NCBI GenBank assembly: GCA_043228905.1
Contig: JBHGNT010000014.1
Coordinates: forward strand, 14,322,001 to 14,386,000
Length of the DNA stretch: 64,000 nucleotides
Origin: Azolla caroliniana
Lineage: Eukaryota; Plantae; Polypodiophyta
Reading direction: 5' to 3'
In this document: piece by piece, positions 49,991-61,320 of the stretch
Numbering within the stretch: position 1 is the first letter of the stretch
Layout of the letters: every line of letters begins with the position of its first letter
Program-made: the position numbers and the translations under genes
Notes under the pieces: generated by a model
The model's input: the letters and a program-made list of their open reading frames with translations, nothing else
Databases searched by the model: none
Told to the model about the DNA's origin: nothing

Positions 49991-52900
49991 CTCTCTGTCT
50001 CGCTCACTTCTTCCTTCTCTCGAAGAAGTTCCACACCTCTCATAGTACTAATCCTTCGTTTAGTACTAATTCCTTCTCTGTCTCAGTACTGTTCATGACA
50101 ACCACCGACACCGGAGAAAATTCTGGAACGAGCACCAACACTGCCAACCCGCGCACCGATACCGGACGACGACATGCCGTTCCAGTACTCGAAGTATAGA
50201 GATGATCCGGACGCGGAAGCTCATGTGCACGCCTTTGAACAGACATGGGAAGCCAACCATGTGTCCCAGCGATTGACCCCGGAGGAAGAAGAACGCTCTA
50301 AGATAGCGGAATTTGGCGTCACATTGGAGGGACCGGCAGCAAGATGGCGCCGGACGCAGGACCCGTCTACCATCAACACCTTTGCAGATTTAAAAGCTAA
50401 ATTCTTGCATTTTTTTCAAAAGGAGGTGGACCAGACCGTAATGGTAGGCTTATTTTATACCATCCGGCAAGAGGCAGGGGAGAGCATTCCCCAATTTGTC
50501 ATCCGGTTTCAACGGATGCATAGTCAGCTTGCCCGTGCACCCCCGGAGGAGGAATTACGGACTATATTCCTAAACATGCTCCGGGAACCTCTACGCACGG
50601 TTTGCACAGTAATTGACTTCCGCACAAGTACCATTGACCAGGTCATTGACCAGGTGAGAGAGATGGAAAAGACAAGCTCCTGGCTCACACTGGGAGCACT
50701 TCAACGGGCGTTACCGTCCGATGAAGACCTCCGGTTTCGGCAAGCAATACAGTGCACAACCTGCTTGAATTCCGGACACTCGGCTCTAGAATGCACTATG
50801 AGGACGCAATGTGTAATCTGTCAATCCAAGAGCCATACGACGGATAGGTGCGAGTATAATCTGTTGAACCGGCAAGCACCGCCCGTCCGACAAATTGAGC
50901 CACGCAGCAGCCGGGATGAAGAAGACGAACGCTGGCGGCGAATGGACCGCGACCGACCGGCACAGGATGTCTGGCATGGCGATCGACGGGAAAATGATGT
51001 CTGGTACAGTGATCGGTGGGATAACTATGACCGGCATGATCGGTACCAGGGTTACAATAGACGATACGAACATTATGACCGGGAGCACTCCCCCGGGTAT
51101 CGTCAGCAACGGGAGGAATACGGCAGATATAACGGGCAACCCCGTCAAGAGTACCGTAATAAGAAGAGCTATAACAAAAAACGGCATTTTAAAAAAGGCG
51201 GCTACCCCCGGGATCTGGAACAAGGAGCTCCAAGTAGCCAACCGGTACAAAACCCCGCGCGTACTGCAGGACCTGCCCCGGGTACAACAGACAATGCCGA
51301 ATCTAGCAATACCCGGAAAGCCTACTGCTACTACTGCCGACAGGAAGGCCATTATAGTAACCAATGCCCAGTGAAGAGCTATGAAAAACGACCGGTGGTA
51401 AATATGGTAGTCGCTGAGGTGGCAGATCTGCAGCAGGTGACCACAAGGTCAAAGGGCATGGCCAAGGAATGGGAGACACAGGAGACCATCCGAAAACAAG
51501 CAACGGAATGGGTAAAGAAAGCAAACGAACAGAATGTCATAGACTTACAGCGGCAAAAGGAGAACACCGCAGGGCTTGCCGGCGGTAGTCACTCCGAGAA
51601 CGAGACATGGCAGGCGTTGCAAGAGTGCCAGATTACGTTGCCACTAGGAAGACTCCTGCAACTCGTGCCAAGATTCACGGAAGGACTGAAGACGGCCATG
51701 ACGGTAGGAGAACCATCACCGGCACCGGTACTCTTCTCGAATCCGGAGGAGGGACCAACAGTGGTGGACACCAGCAGTCCGGTAATCACTGCCATTGTAA
51801 AAGGGAAAGAACTCCCCGGCACAGTTATAGACGGAGGCTCTGGGGTGAATGTAATAAACCTCCGGACGTGTGATGCCCTAGGAATCCACGAGTGGGAGCC
51901 ATGTCCGTTCTGGTTACGGATGGCCGATACAAGCTCAATGCGGCCGACAGGATTAATACGGAAATTAGAAGTCACCGTCGGCGGTCATACATTTTACATC
52001 TCGGCCGTAGTGCTACAATTACAAGCACAAGGTGCATACCCGCTATTGCTGGGGCGGCCATGGTTGAAAACGGCACATATCAAACAGAATTGGCGGAAAA
52101 ATATAATTACCTTCCGGCGAGGAAAAGCCAAGGTACGGGTACCAACACAGCCAAGGACGAGCACTGGCAAGGAATGTACACCGTTGTATGCGGAATGCGT
52201 CAATATGCTAGAAGGGTTAGCGGACGAAGAAGAAGCTCAGTACCTGCAGGAAAACCCGAAGATCATACCCCTCTTCGAAATTGACATTGCCGAAGCAGTA
52301 GCACCATACTTACCGCAACCGGAAGAGGCTGAAGCAGAACTGGATAAAGACGCAATCCGGGAGTTACGGCAAGCACAGGAAGCGTTGGAACGGGAAATGG
52401 CTGTTTCACAGCGCGTAAAAGCGTCGCAACTGGAAGAGGTGAACCTAGGCACCACGGACGAAGCAAAACCGGTGCACATCGCCAAGGAGATGAAGTCCGA
52501 AGACAAAACGGCGATGATCACACTTCTCACGGAATTTTGCGATGTGTTCGCCTGGTCATACGAAGATATGCGAGGACTCGACCCTCAGTTATACCAGCAT
52601 CAGGTGCACTTGAGCAAGGACGCAAAACCAGTGGCACAAAGACGGTACCGGATGAATCCCAATTATGCCGCCAAAGTAAAGGAGGAAATTGACAAACTGC
52701 TAAGAGTTGGCTTTATCCGTCCAGTAAAGAAAGCGACATGGCTGAGCCCGATCGTAGTCGTACCGAAGAAGAACGGAAAAATTCGAGTTTGCGTGGACTA
52801 CCGGAAACTCAATGCGGCTACGGTAACGGATGCGTTTCCACTTCCGTTCACAGATGGAGTGTTGGATGCCGTCACCGGCCATGAGGTCTATAGCTTCCTA

Positions 52901-55792
52901 GACGGATTCAGCGGGTATAATCAGATCCGGATGCACCCCGACGACCAAGAGAAAATGGCATTCGTCACCGAATGGGGGGTGTTTGTGGCCGTGGTGATGA
53001 TGTTCGGACTCAAAACGGCACCGGCAACATTTCAACGAATCATCATGGAAATCTTTGGTGAATATATACCGGTTTTTATGCAGGTTTTCCTTGACGATTT
53101 CGCCGTCTATAGCCGGGAGGAGGACCATTTTCAGCACCTCCGTCTTTGTCTAGAAAAGTGTAGAGCGTACCGGCTAAGCTTGAATCCAACAAAGTGTGTA
53201 TTTGGCGTGTCCAGTGGAACTTTATTAGGACATATTGTGAGCCAGGAAGGTATTGCAGTCGACCCGGACAAAGTGAAAGCCATATTAGAAGCGCCGGCGC
53301 CGGCAACGGCAAAGGCATTAAGACAGTTCTTAGGCCAGATCCGGTGGCACAGCCGGATGCTCCGATACTTAGCCGACCTGGCTACACCGTTGCATGCCGT
53401 CGTACATCGGACACCATTCCAGTGGACCGACACCGAGGATAGAGCGTATAGGGCCCTCAAGGTACTATTGTCGCAGGCACCGGTAGTACAACCTCCGGAT
53501 TGGAGTAAAGAATTTCACGTGTTCGTAGACGCCTCCGACATCGCAATCGGAAGCGTACTTATGCAGCTTACGGAGCCAAAATGGTATCGGCCAGTGTACT
53601 ATGCCAGCCGAAAGCTATCCCAAGCAGAACGAAACTACTCTACCACGGAACGGGAAGCCCTAGGGATGATCTACAGTGTGACAAAGTTTCGGCATTATTT
53701 ATTGGGAAAGAAGTTTTCCTTCCATGTAGATCATTCGGCACTCCTTTACCTGGTGTCCAAAGCATCACTCACCGGCAAATTGGCCCGGTGGACCTTACTG
53801 TTACAGGAGTTCGAGTTTGAAATATTCCACTGACCCGATATACAGCATGTCGTGGCGGATTACTTAAGCCGATTAGAGTCCGGAGAGACGGGTGACGGAG
53901 TAGCGGATGAGTTTCCGGATGCAGAGCTGTTTCGAGTCACTACGGAGACGGCAGCAGATGAGACGGTGGCACAGGAAGACAAATGGCTCACAAATATGCA
54001 CTAGTTTCTGAGCACAGGACTGCCTCCGGAAGAGATGAACCGGGACGAACGGAAATGCCTGGCGGTGCAAAGCCGACATTTCTGCTTACTGCAAGACACA
54101 CTGTACCACAAGGGCGCGGACGGCATATGGAGACGGGCGGTGCGCAGCGATGAAAAGGAACTGATACTGAGGGAAGCCCACTGCGGAGTTGCCGGAGGTC
54201 ACTATGCCGGGGATGTGACGGCCAGGAAAATATGGCAAAGTGGCCTATGGTGGCCAACGACACTAAGAGATGCAGTACAATATGCAAAAGAATGTGACCT
54301 ATGCCAGAGAATGGGCCAGCCAACGGAGCAGGCTCGTATGCCACACCAGCCGGTACTACCACTCGAGCCATTCCAGAAGTGGGGGCTGGACTTTGTAGGA
54401 CCTTTCAAGCCACCGGCAATGAGAACGGGTAATCGGTACGTCATCATTGCTACGGATTATTGCACGAAATGGGTGGAGGCCAAAGCATTAAGGGATAACA
54501 CCGTTGCGTCAACGGTGAAGTTTCTATATGAGTACATCTGGTGCCGTTACGGATGCCCAATTGAATTAATAAGCGACCAAGGGGGGCACTTTCTCGGCCA
54601 AGTAGTGGAAAGCCTGTCGACATTCTATGCCGTTGTCCACAAACAGAGCACACCTTACTATCCACAAGCGAACGGTTTAGCGGAATCAACGAACAAGACG
54701 CTCCAGAATATCCTCCGAAAGATCGTCAACGAAAACCGGACGGATTGGGACACAAAGCTACATAGCACGCTTTGGGCATACCAGACGGCATACAAAATGA
54801 GCATCCGAACAACACCGTTCCGGTTAGCGTTCGGACTAGAGGCGGTCATGCCGGTAGAATTCCAAGTACCCAGCTTACGGATCCAGCTACGGGAACGGCT
54901 GAACGAGAAGGAGTCGGAGGCAATACGGTTGACAGCGCTGTGTGAGCTCGAGGAACAATGACTGGCCAGCATCCTGCATTTAGAATTGGAGCAACGGCGA
55001 CCGAAAGCATTTGTCGACCGGCACAAGAAAGGAAACGAAAAAATGTTCACAATCGGCAAACCGGTGTTAGTATTTCAGACCCGGATGGGCAAGATGTCGG
55101 GTAAACTACAGTTTAGATGGACCGGACCGTATTGGTTAACACGGGAGTATAATGGGTCCTACCAGTTAGGGACACTTGCCGGCGAAGTGCTAGGCAAATG
55201 GGTCAACGGATTCCGGTTGAAGCCATATAGAGGACTGATGCCTAAGAACCCATTTGAGCAAAGGACCGACACCAGTGAGGGAAACGGCAACCACCAAGAC
55301 GGTAGAGAAGGCGAGCCGGTAACTGGGGAGAATGAGGCCGGTAAGGGTTCGAGAGGAATTAAAGTGACATCACACTAAATTAAATTATAATTATAGAAGA
55401 AAAAATAAAAATAAATAAAAATATAAATAAATAAATAAATAAAATAAATAAATAAATAAAACAATCATGCAAAAGCGAGGAATGAATGGATGAAAGAGCG
55501 AGGAGCGAAAAGGTACGTAGTGGGCATTTAAAGCGCCACCATAGGACATAATGTTATTTGAGTACACGACATGCACACACTCGAAAAAGGCGCCAAAATG
55601 CACAGACAAAAACCATTGCGCGTAGAGACCCTTTACTTTCGCGAACCCAGGAGCACAGAAGCACCAAGACGCTGCAAGATCATCAGACGAGAACCTGCGC
55701 ACAGAGAACCCCCGCCTTCTGAACTCTCTCTCTCTCAACCTCACTCTCATCACCATCCAACCTCGCCACCGCAATCCGACCTCGACACAGAA

Positions 55793-58546
55793 ATGGACCC
55801 GCAAACGCTGTCAGAAGCTGCCAAGACATGGCTAAAGCACCACGGGCTCGAGGGCTTCTTGACGATGATGGAAGTACCGCCACACAAAGAAGCCGACAAA
55901 GTGATCAAAGAAATCGACACAGAGGTCATAATGGCAGAGGCGATTCGAGCGTTAACAGGCCTTCTGGAGGGAGGCATACTCACGATCGACAATCCAACCC
56001 CGGAGCAACTCATCAGGTATTTTGGTGAGTATTCTCTAGCCAGCAAGGGCTACCGGACACAGGGTGGCGGAGACATGCTGTTCCGCGAGATTGCTCGTGT
56101 GCTCCACGAGTACGGCCACATGTACCCTAGACCCCCTGTCATGCCGCAGAACTGGGCAGGGATGATCATTGCCACCTATGAAGGGATCAAGGTGGATTGG
56201 CCGGTATTGATCGCAGACAGGTTGTGTGCGGCCATCGAGATCGTCAGAGGCAAAGATGGCAAAGAAGGCCGAGACGGACGGAGGATATGGCACGCCGTAA
56301 CACAGTGGCTCACCTTGCTTGTGCCACCCGTCCAGCCCGTCCAGCCCAAGAAGCGAGGAAGAGTGGCGGACGGCACCCCAAACACGGCTTCCAAATGACA
56401 ACAGTTGTTGGCCTCTAAGGCCACTAAGGGAAAGGCGGCGGATGCAGAACAGGCGGCAGCAGGAAGCGGCAGCCGGAAGCGCCCAACGGAGGCGCAGGAG
56501 GAACCACTGGCACGGCCCGTAAAGGTCACACTCCGTCGACCGGTGAATAGAGAAGCGGACCCCTTGGCGGCAAAACTCAATGCCGGAGCTCAGGAGGAGG
56601 AAATAGAGGAGGACCCCACGGAGCACCTCCAGCGACGGTCGTCGGCAAGGACCGTTGAGACAACCGAGAAACGTTCGAACCCTCAGATGGAGGGAACACC
56701 GGCTCCCCTCAGTGAGACTCCCACGCCAAGGAAGGAACCGGAACCGGTGCGCATGGCACCAGAAACAGAAGCCCCGGCACCACCGGCAACACCGGCAAGT
56801 CCCATCCCGCCAGAGCCGGAAAGGTCAATGCAGCCTCCCTCGGTCAGCCAAGAAGAAGCGCAAGGGGAACCAGGACAACAGGGTGGTCCACGGGCAGAAA
56901 CGGAACTGCAACTCGGCGCAACCAGGCGGGACCACCCCTCTACAAGTGAGCCCATCTGTCAAACCTCTGTGCAAGCACAACAAGGCACCGGTAGCCTGTG
57001 TCTCTGGTGGATAGGCGAACAGATAGCCGAAGCAGTGGGGTATATTGAGGCGGAAGAAAGAGCGCAAAGCGAACGGTTGCTCGTCACAACCGAACAACTA
57101 GAGACGGCCCGGTCCAGAATCCGGTGCCTTGAAAATGACTTGGATCAGGTCACGACAGAGATGGCCAAAATGGCCTTAACGGCAACACAGATCCAATCAC
57201 CGGTGACTCCGGTAAGTGTATAGAATAAAGAAACGGAACGACCTGTACATAGCAATAAGACCCCGGCAATGGAAACCGTTCCGGCGAGAGATGCGGCGCA
57301 AGCCCAGGAGCTTGCGGAATTGAGAGATGAACTTGCCGCACAAGAAGCGCTAAGGAGCCGTGAACGAGAATTGAAGAAGACTGCTGAGAACCTCCGTCGG
57401 GCAGAGGAGAGCCTCCGGAAAGGCCACCAAGCGTACGACCGGCAAAAGGAGGAGAAAGACAAAGTGTTGCAGGAAAAGGACAAGCTGCGGAAAACGGCGG
57501 AAACAGAGATTGAACGGCTAAAGGAAGAGCTCCGCCAGCAGAAGGACCGCGAGGATCGGGCCCGTCGTCAGATCAACGCACGGCTCAAGCAAAAGACAGA
57601 TGATTTTGAGCACCTGCACCGGGACTACAAACGGTTGGAAACGGAGCATAAAGAACGGATGCCCGAGCTCCAGCAGGCAGTTGATCGGGCCGCGATGGCG
57701 ATCGCCGACGAACGGGCGGAAAATACAAGACGCTTGGACGAGGCGGAGAAGGTCCGGATGGAGCTCCAGAGGCAGCAGCAGGAAGACAAAGAGAGAGCGT
57801 CAACAGTATTGCAGAAATTACAAAGCACATATCAAAGGCAATTGACGCATTACAAGGCGTAGGCGGAGGACAACGTCAAAATCATCAAACAACTGAAGGA
57901 GGAATGGCAAGCGACGGAAACCAAATCGCAATTGGGAACGAGCCGGATTCAGTCCATCCTCCGAGCATGGCTGAATCAGACAAAACACTTGATTGATGAA
58001 AGCTCCGTAAAATGGTGGACAAAGTGGGCACAAAACGTGGCGAAACTCCAGTTGCTACGGGCGGATGTGGCAAACCGGCAGAAGGAAGGAGATGATTGTT
58101 ATACGTTGACTTTCGAGGACTTCACCGCCATACGGGATGAGCTGGCCGACGACTTCCAAGTCCTGGCAGATGAACAGCTGGCGTAGGTCAGGCAGCTCGT
58201 AGCTCAGCTAGACAATGATAGGCTAGACGCTCAAATCCAGTTTGAAAGCTACGAGCGGTCCCGGGTTCGGGAAGAAAAAGCACGGGAAGCGGCAACGGTT
58301 AACCTTAGTGATGAGGAACCGTCGCCGGCTGAGGGCCAGCCGGGAACCAGTCAACCGGAGACCACTACGACACAGGGAGCAACGACGAAGACGCCGGTGT
58401 TAGAGCAACAAACGGAGGAGCAGCCACCAACGGACCCGCCGCAGTAGACATCAACAGAGCAGCAGCAACAACAACAACAACCACTTCCAGATGAACCATT
58501 GGAGCCTCTCGAACAAAGCATTCTGGACATTTTGGACGAAGAATAG
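55793..58546 (+). pseudogene. Extra ORF 3' of pol (~917 codons: globular N-terminal domain, Pro/Glu-rich linker, long coiled coil) with five nonsense codons
   Basis: ORFs 55571, 56405, 57269 and 57932 share one frame. A homologous fragment lies at 11493. Confidence 0.75.
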
Positions 58547-58556
58547 CAAGGGTCGG

Positions 58557-58598
58557 TTGTGGATTCGACGTACAAGGTACTGTCCCACGGGCGTGCCA
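58557..58598 (+). promoter_or_regulatory. Sense-strand tRNA-Arg(UCU) 3'-half mimic at the position of the PPT (also at ~24903-24943 and ~60846-60886)
   Basis: TTGTGGATTCGA-N13-GTCCCACGGGCGTGCCA, 2 nt before the 3' LTR. No purine tract is present. Confidence 0.75.
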
Positions 58599-61320
58599 TG
58601 TGTTACCGGCCGGCAAAGGAGTCCAGAGTGGGAAACGGAGAGTTATTTAAGTAGTAGGAATGTGGTTGTAATTAAGCTATGAGTGTGGACGGACGGACCG
58701 GAAACGGTATGTCGTTCCGGATCCGGACCGATCCCGAACAGGTACGGATGGCACCGTTTTGTAATACAGACCGGAGACCAATTTAAAGGCCCGGATACAA
58801 TGTAATCAATAGCGGTTAATTAATGAAAGCTTAAGCGTTGTTATCTCTCTGTGTTAATTGTCGTTCTGTCTTAATTGTTATATCTTACGCGTGTGTTATG
58901 AAAGACGATCATAATAAGTAACTTAATTAAGTAGGATTAAGCATTGAGGAGATCCGGTTGCTGTAACACCCTTTGGGGAAGTGTCTTCCGTAGACACCCT
59001 GTGTTAGGCCATTGTCCGCCATTGTCCGGCCCTAAGAGTTAACAAAGCAGGCGACGTGGCTATGCCTGATTGTCGTAATACCCACAAAGAATGGAACGAT
59101 CCGGGTATGTGTACATTACCGGAAGCTGAATGCAACCACATTGACCAATGTGTTTCCGCTTCCCTTGACGGATGGAGTATTAGATGCGGTAACCGGTCAC
59201 GAGGTGTACAGCTTCCTTGACGGTTTTAGTGGATACAATCAGATCCAAATGCATCTAGACGATCAAGAAAAGACGACATTCATTGGATTAAAAACCACAT
59301 CGACGATGTTCCAAAGGATCATAATGAAAATATTTGGAGAATACATTCCGACATTCATGTAGGTTTTCCTAGACGAATTCACTGGATATAGTCGGAAGAC
59401 AGAACATTTAGACCATCTCCGAATGTGTCTAGAGAAATGTCGGAACGCCAGATTAAGCTTGAATTCGACAAAATGTGCATTTGGAGTCACCAGCGGAGCG
59501 TTGTTGGGCCACATTGTGAGTAAGGAAGGAATTGTTGTGGACCCAGACAAAGTGAAGGCGATTTTACAAGCATCGGCACCAACAAACGCAAAGTCATTAA
59601 GCTGATTTCTCGGACATATCGGATGTCATAGCCGGATGATCCGGTATTTACCGGACATTGCCATACCATTACATACTTATGATAGAAGAGGAAGGTTGAG
59701 GACTGAGGAGAGGCGGAGGCAAGAGCAACCACGCAGATCGCAAGAAGGCGGCAGGCTATGGAATCACCTGCGGAGCTAATCGTGGACCTAATCAGCCGAA
59801 CATGGCGTATCTTTAATTTTGGCATTGATTCATTCTTTCACAGACACAAGCACATCAAGGTTCAGAGTGTGAAGATCTAGATGCTGAGAAGTGTGCATTT
59901 TGCAATCACGAGCAATGGAACTCGGATGCATTTTGCAGAAGACTGCGGGGGTGAGATGGCGTATCTGATTAAAAATGCCAGTGTGATGCAGACATCAATG
60001 GTGGCCGCGGGCAGCAACGAAGAAACAGAGACAGCGATGGAGCGGCCGAACGGTGTAGCGACAGCTAAAAATTAGCGGCCGAATAACGGCCAAGGAAAGC
60101 AAATGGCCGGACAACAGCCAGATAGTGCCGGAGACGGAGACGGAGATAGACGGCGACAGAGACAAGTGATGGAGATGCAGGACGACGACAAAATAGTGAC
60201 AGGTCAAAATTAGCAACAGAAGAAGAAGAAGAAGAAGAAGAAATTGCAAGAGGAGCAGAACATAGAAGAAGAGAGAAGAGAGAAGAGACAAATGCAGACA
60301 AAAAAGATGAAAGAAATAAGAAAAAAAAAGAACATGAACAGAAAAGGAAGAAAACGAAAGGAAGAGGTAGAAGTAGATGGAAGAAGAAAGAGAGAACAAG
60401 ATGGTTGAGAAGGAGACAAAGAAAAGAAGCAAAAACAAACGGAGAACGAGAACGAGAACGAGAATGCGAGAGAAACAGAAACATGAGAGCTCGAGAGAAA
60501 TTATAAAATTTCAAAATAAAAAATAAAAACACCCTAAGGGCATTGTTAGAGTTTTAGAAACTTGAGGGTATAATACATCATTTTAAAACCTCATCAACAT
60601 GGAGGAATTGGACTAGATCGACTCACAACAACTCACAAAATAAAAGGAAGAACACACATACACACAACGTTTTTTAAAGACCCGAAGAATGATATCAAAG
60701 TTTGCATGTCGACAGAATGAGATGTTCGTGTCGAGGAAGATTTTCTGACCGAAGGAGATGTTCAAGTCAAGCGTTCTGATCAAGGGAGTCAATCAATGAG
60801 AAGGCCAATGAAGTGTCCGGTCGAATAGAGATGATGATCAAGGCATGTGGGATCGACGTGCAATCCAATGTCCCACGGGCGTGCCATAATGTGTTATCGT
60901 ACGGGATGTACGGAGAGTTGAGTGAGGGTGAAGAAACTTAATGTTGTTTTATGTGCGTAATGTCTATGATTATGAGTGTGAATGTAAGTGTGAGTGGATA
61001 GATAAGAAGAGGTGTGAATGAGTGATTAGTGTGAATGGCTAAGGGGGCTTGCATCCCTATTACCAGTCTTGTAACTATTTAACCCCTTATGGGGAATGAA
61101 TGAAACGGGAATAAGTTCTCTCTCAATCTCTCTCTCTCTCTCTCTCTTTGACACATGTTCTCTTCTCTCATGTTGAACCATCTTGGGAGGGGGGTGGAGC
61201 CATTCTAGGCACAACCCCCCACCCCACAATGATCACCATCTCCATCACTATCACCCTGTAACACTCACCGTCACATCGTTCATCATCATTATCATAATCA
61301 TTAACCCTAAACCTATAACA

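Larger units (their letters stand above)
44398..50100 (+). mobile_element. Near-intact Tcn1-clade chromovirus (RLG1-like); LTRs 44398-44845 and 49643-50100; TSD ACCAC; PPT AAAGGGGGAATAG
   Basis: LTRs differ only at a couple of bases and in CT-repeat length. ACCAC at 44393-97 and 50101-05. Confidence 0.95.
43878..55378 (+). pseudogene. gag-pol of the 43391 element (gag-CCHC-PR-RT-RH-IN), interrupted by the chromovirus at 44398-50105 and by three nonsense codons
   Basis: CYYCRQEGHYSNQC, VIDGGSGVN, VFLDDF, FVDASD and WGLDFVGP motifs. ORFs 43734, 50174, 54035 and 54986 are all in frame after removing the insertion. Confidence 0.9.
43391..59044 (+). mobile_element. Full-length non-chromovirus Ty3/Gypsy (Athila/Phygy-like branch, inferred); LTRs 43391-43824 and 58601-59044; TSD AAGCA; PBS 43832-43842
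   Basis: Highly similar LTRs TGTTACC...TTAACA with AAGCA flanks. Single-frame gag-pol without chromodomain and a long 3' extra ORF. Confidence 0.93.
43035..61320 (+). mobile_element. 5'-truncated, decayed non-chromovirus Gypsy: RT remnants 43035-43390 and 59050-59680, non-coding 3' region, 3' LTR 60892-61320
   Basis: RPVKQATWL is restored across the AAGCA TSD; SFLDGFSGYNQI motif. LTR and 3' region are homologous to the 23149 element. Confidence 0.8.
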
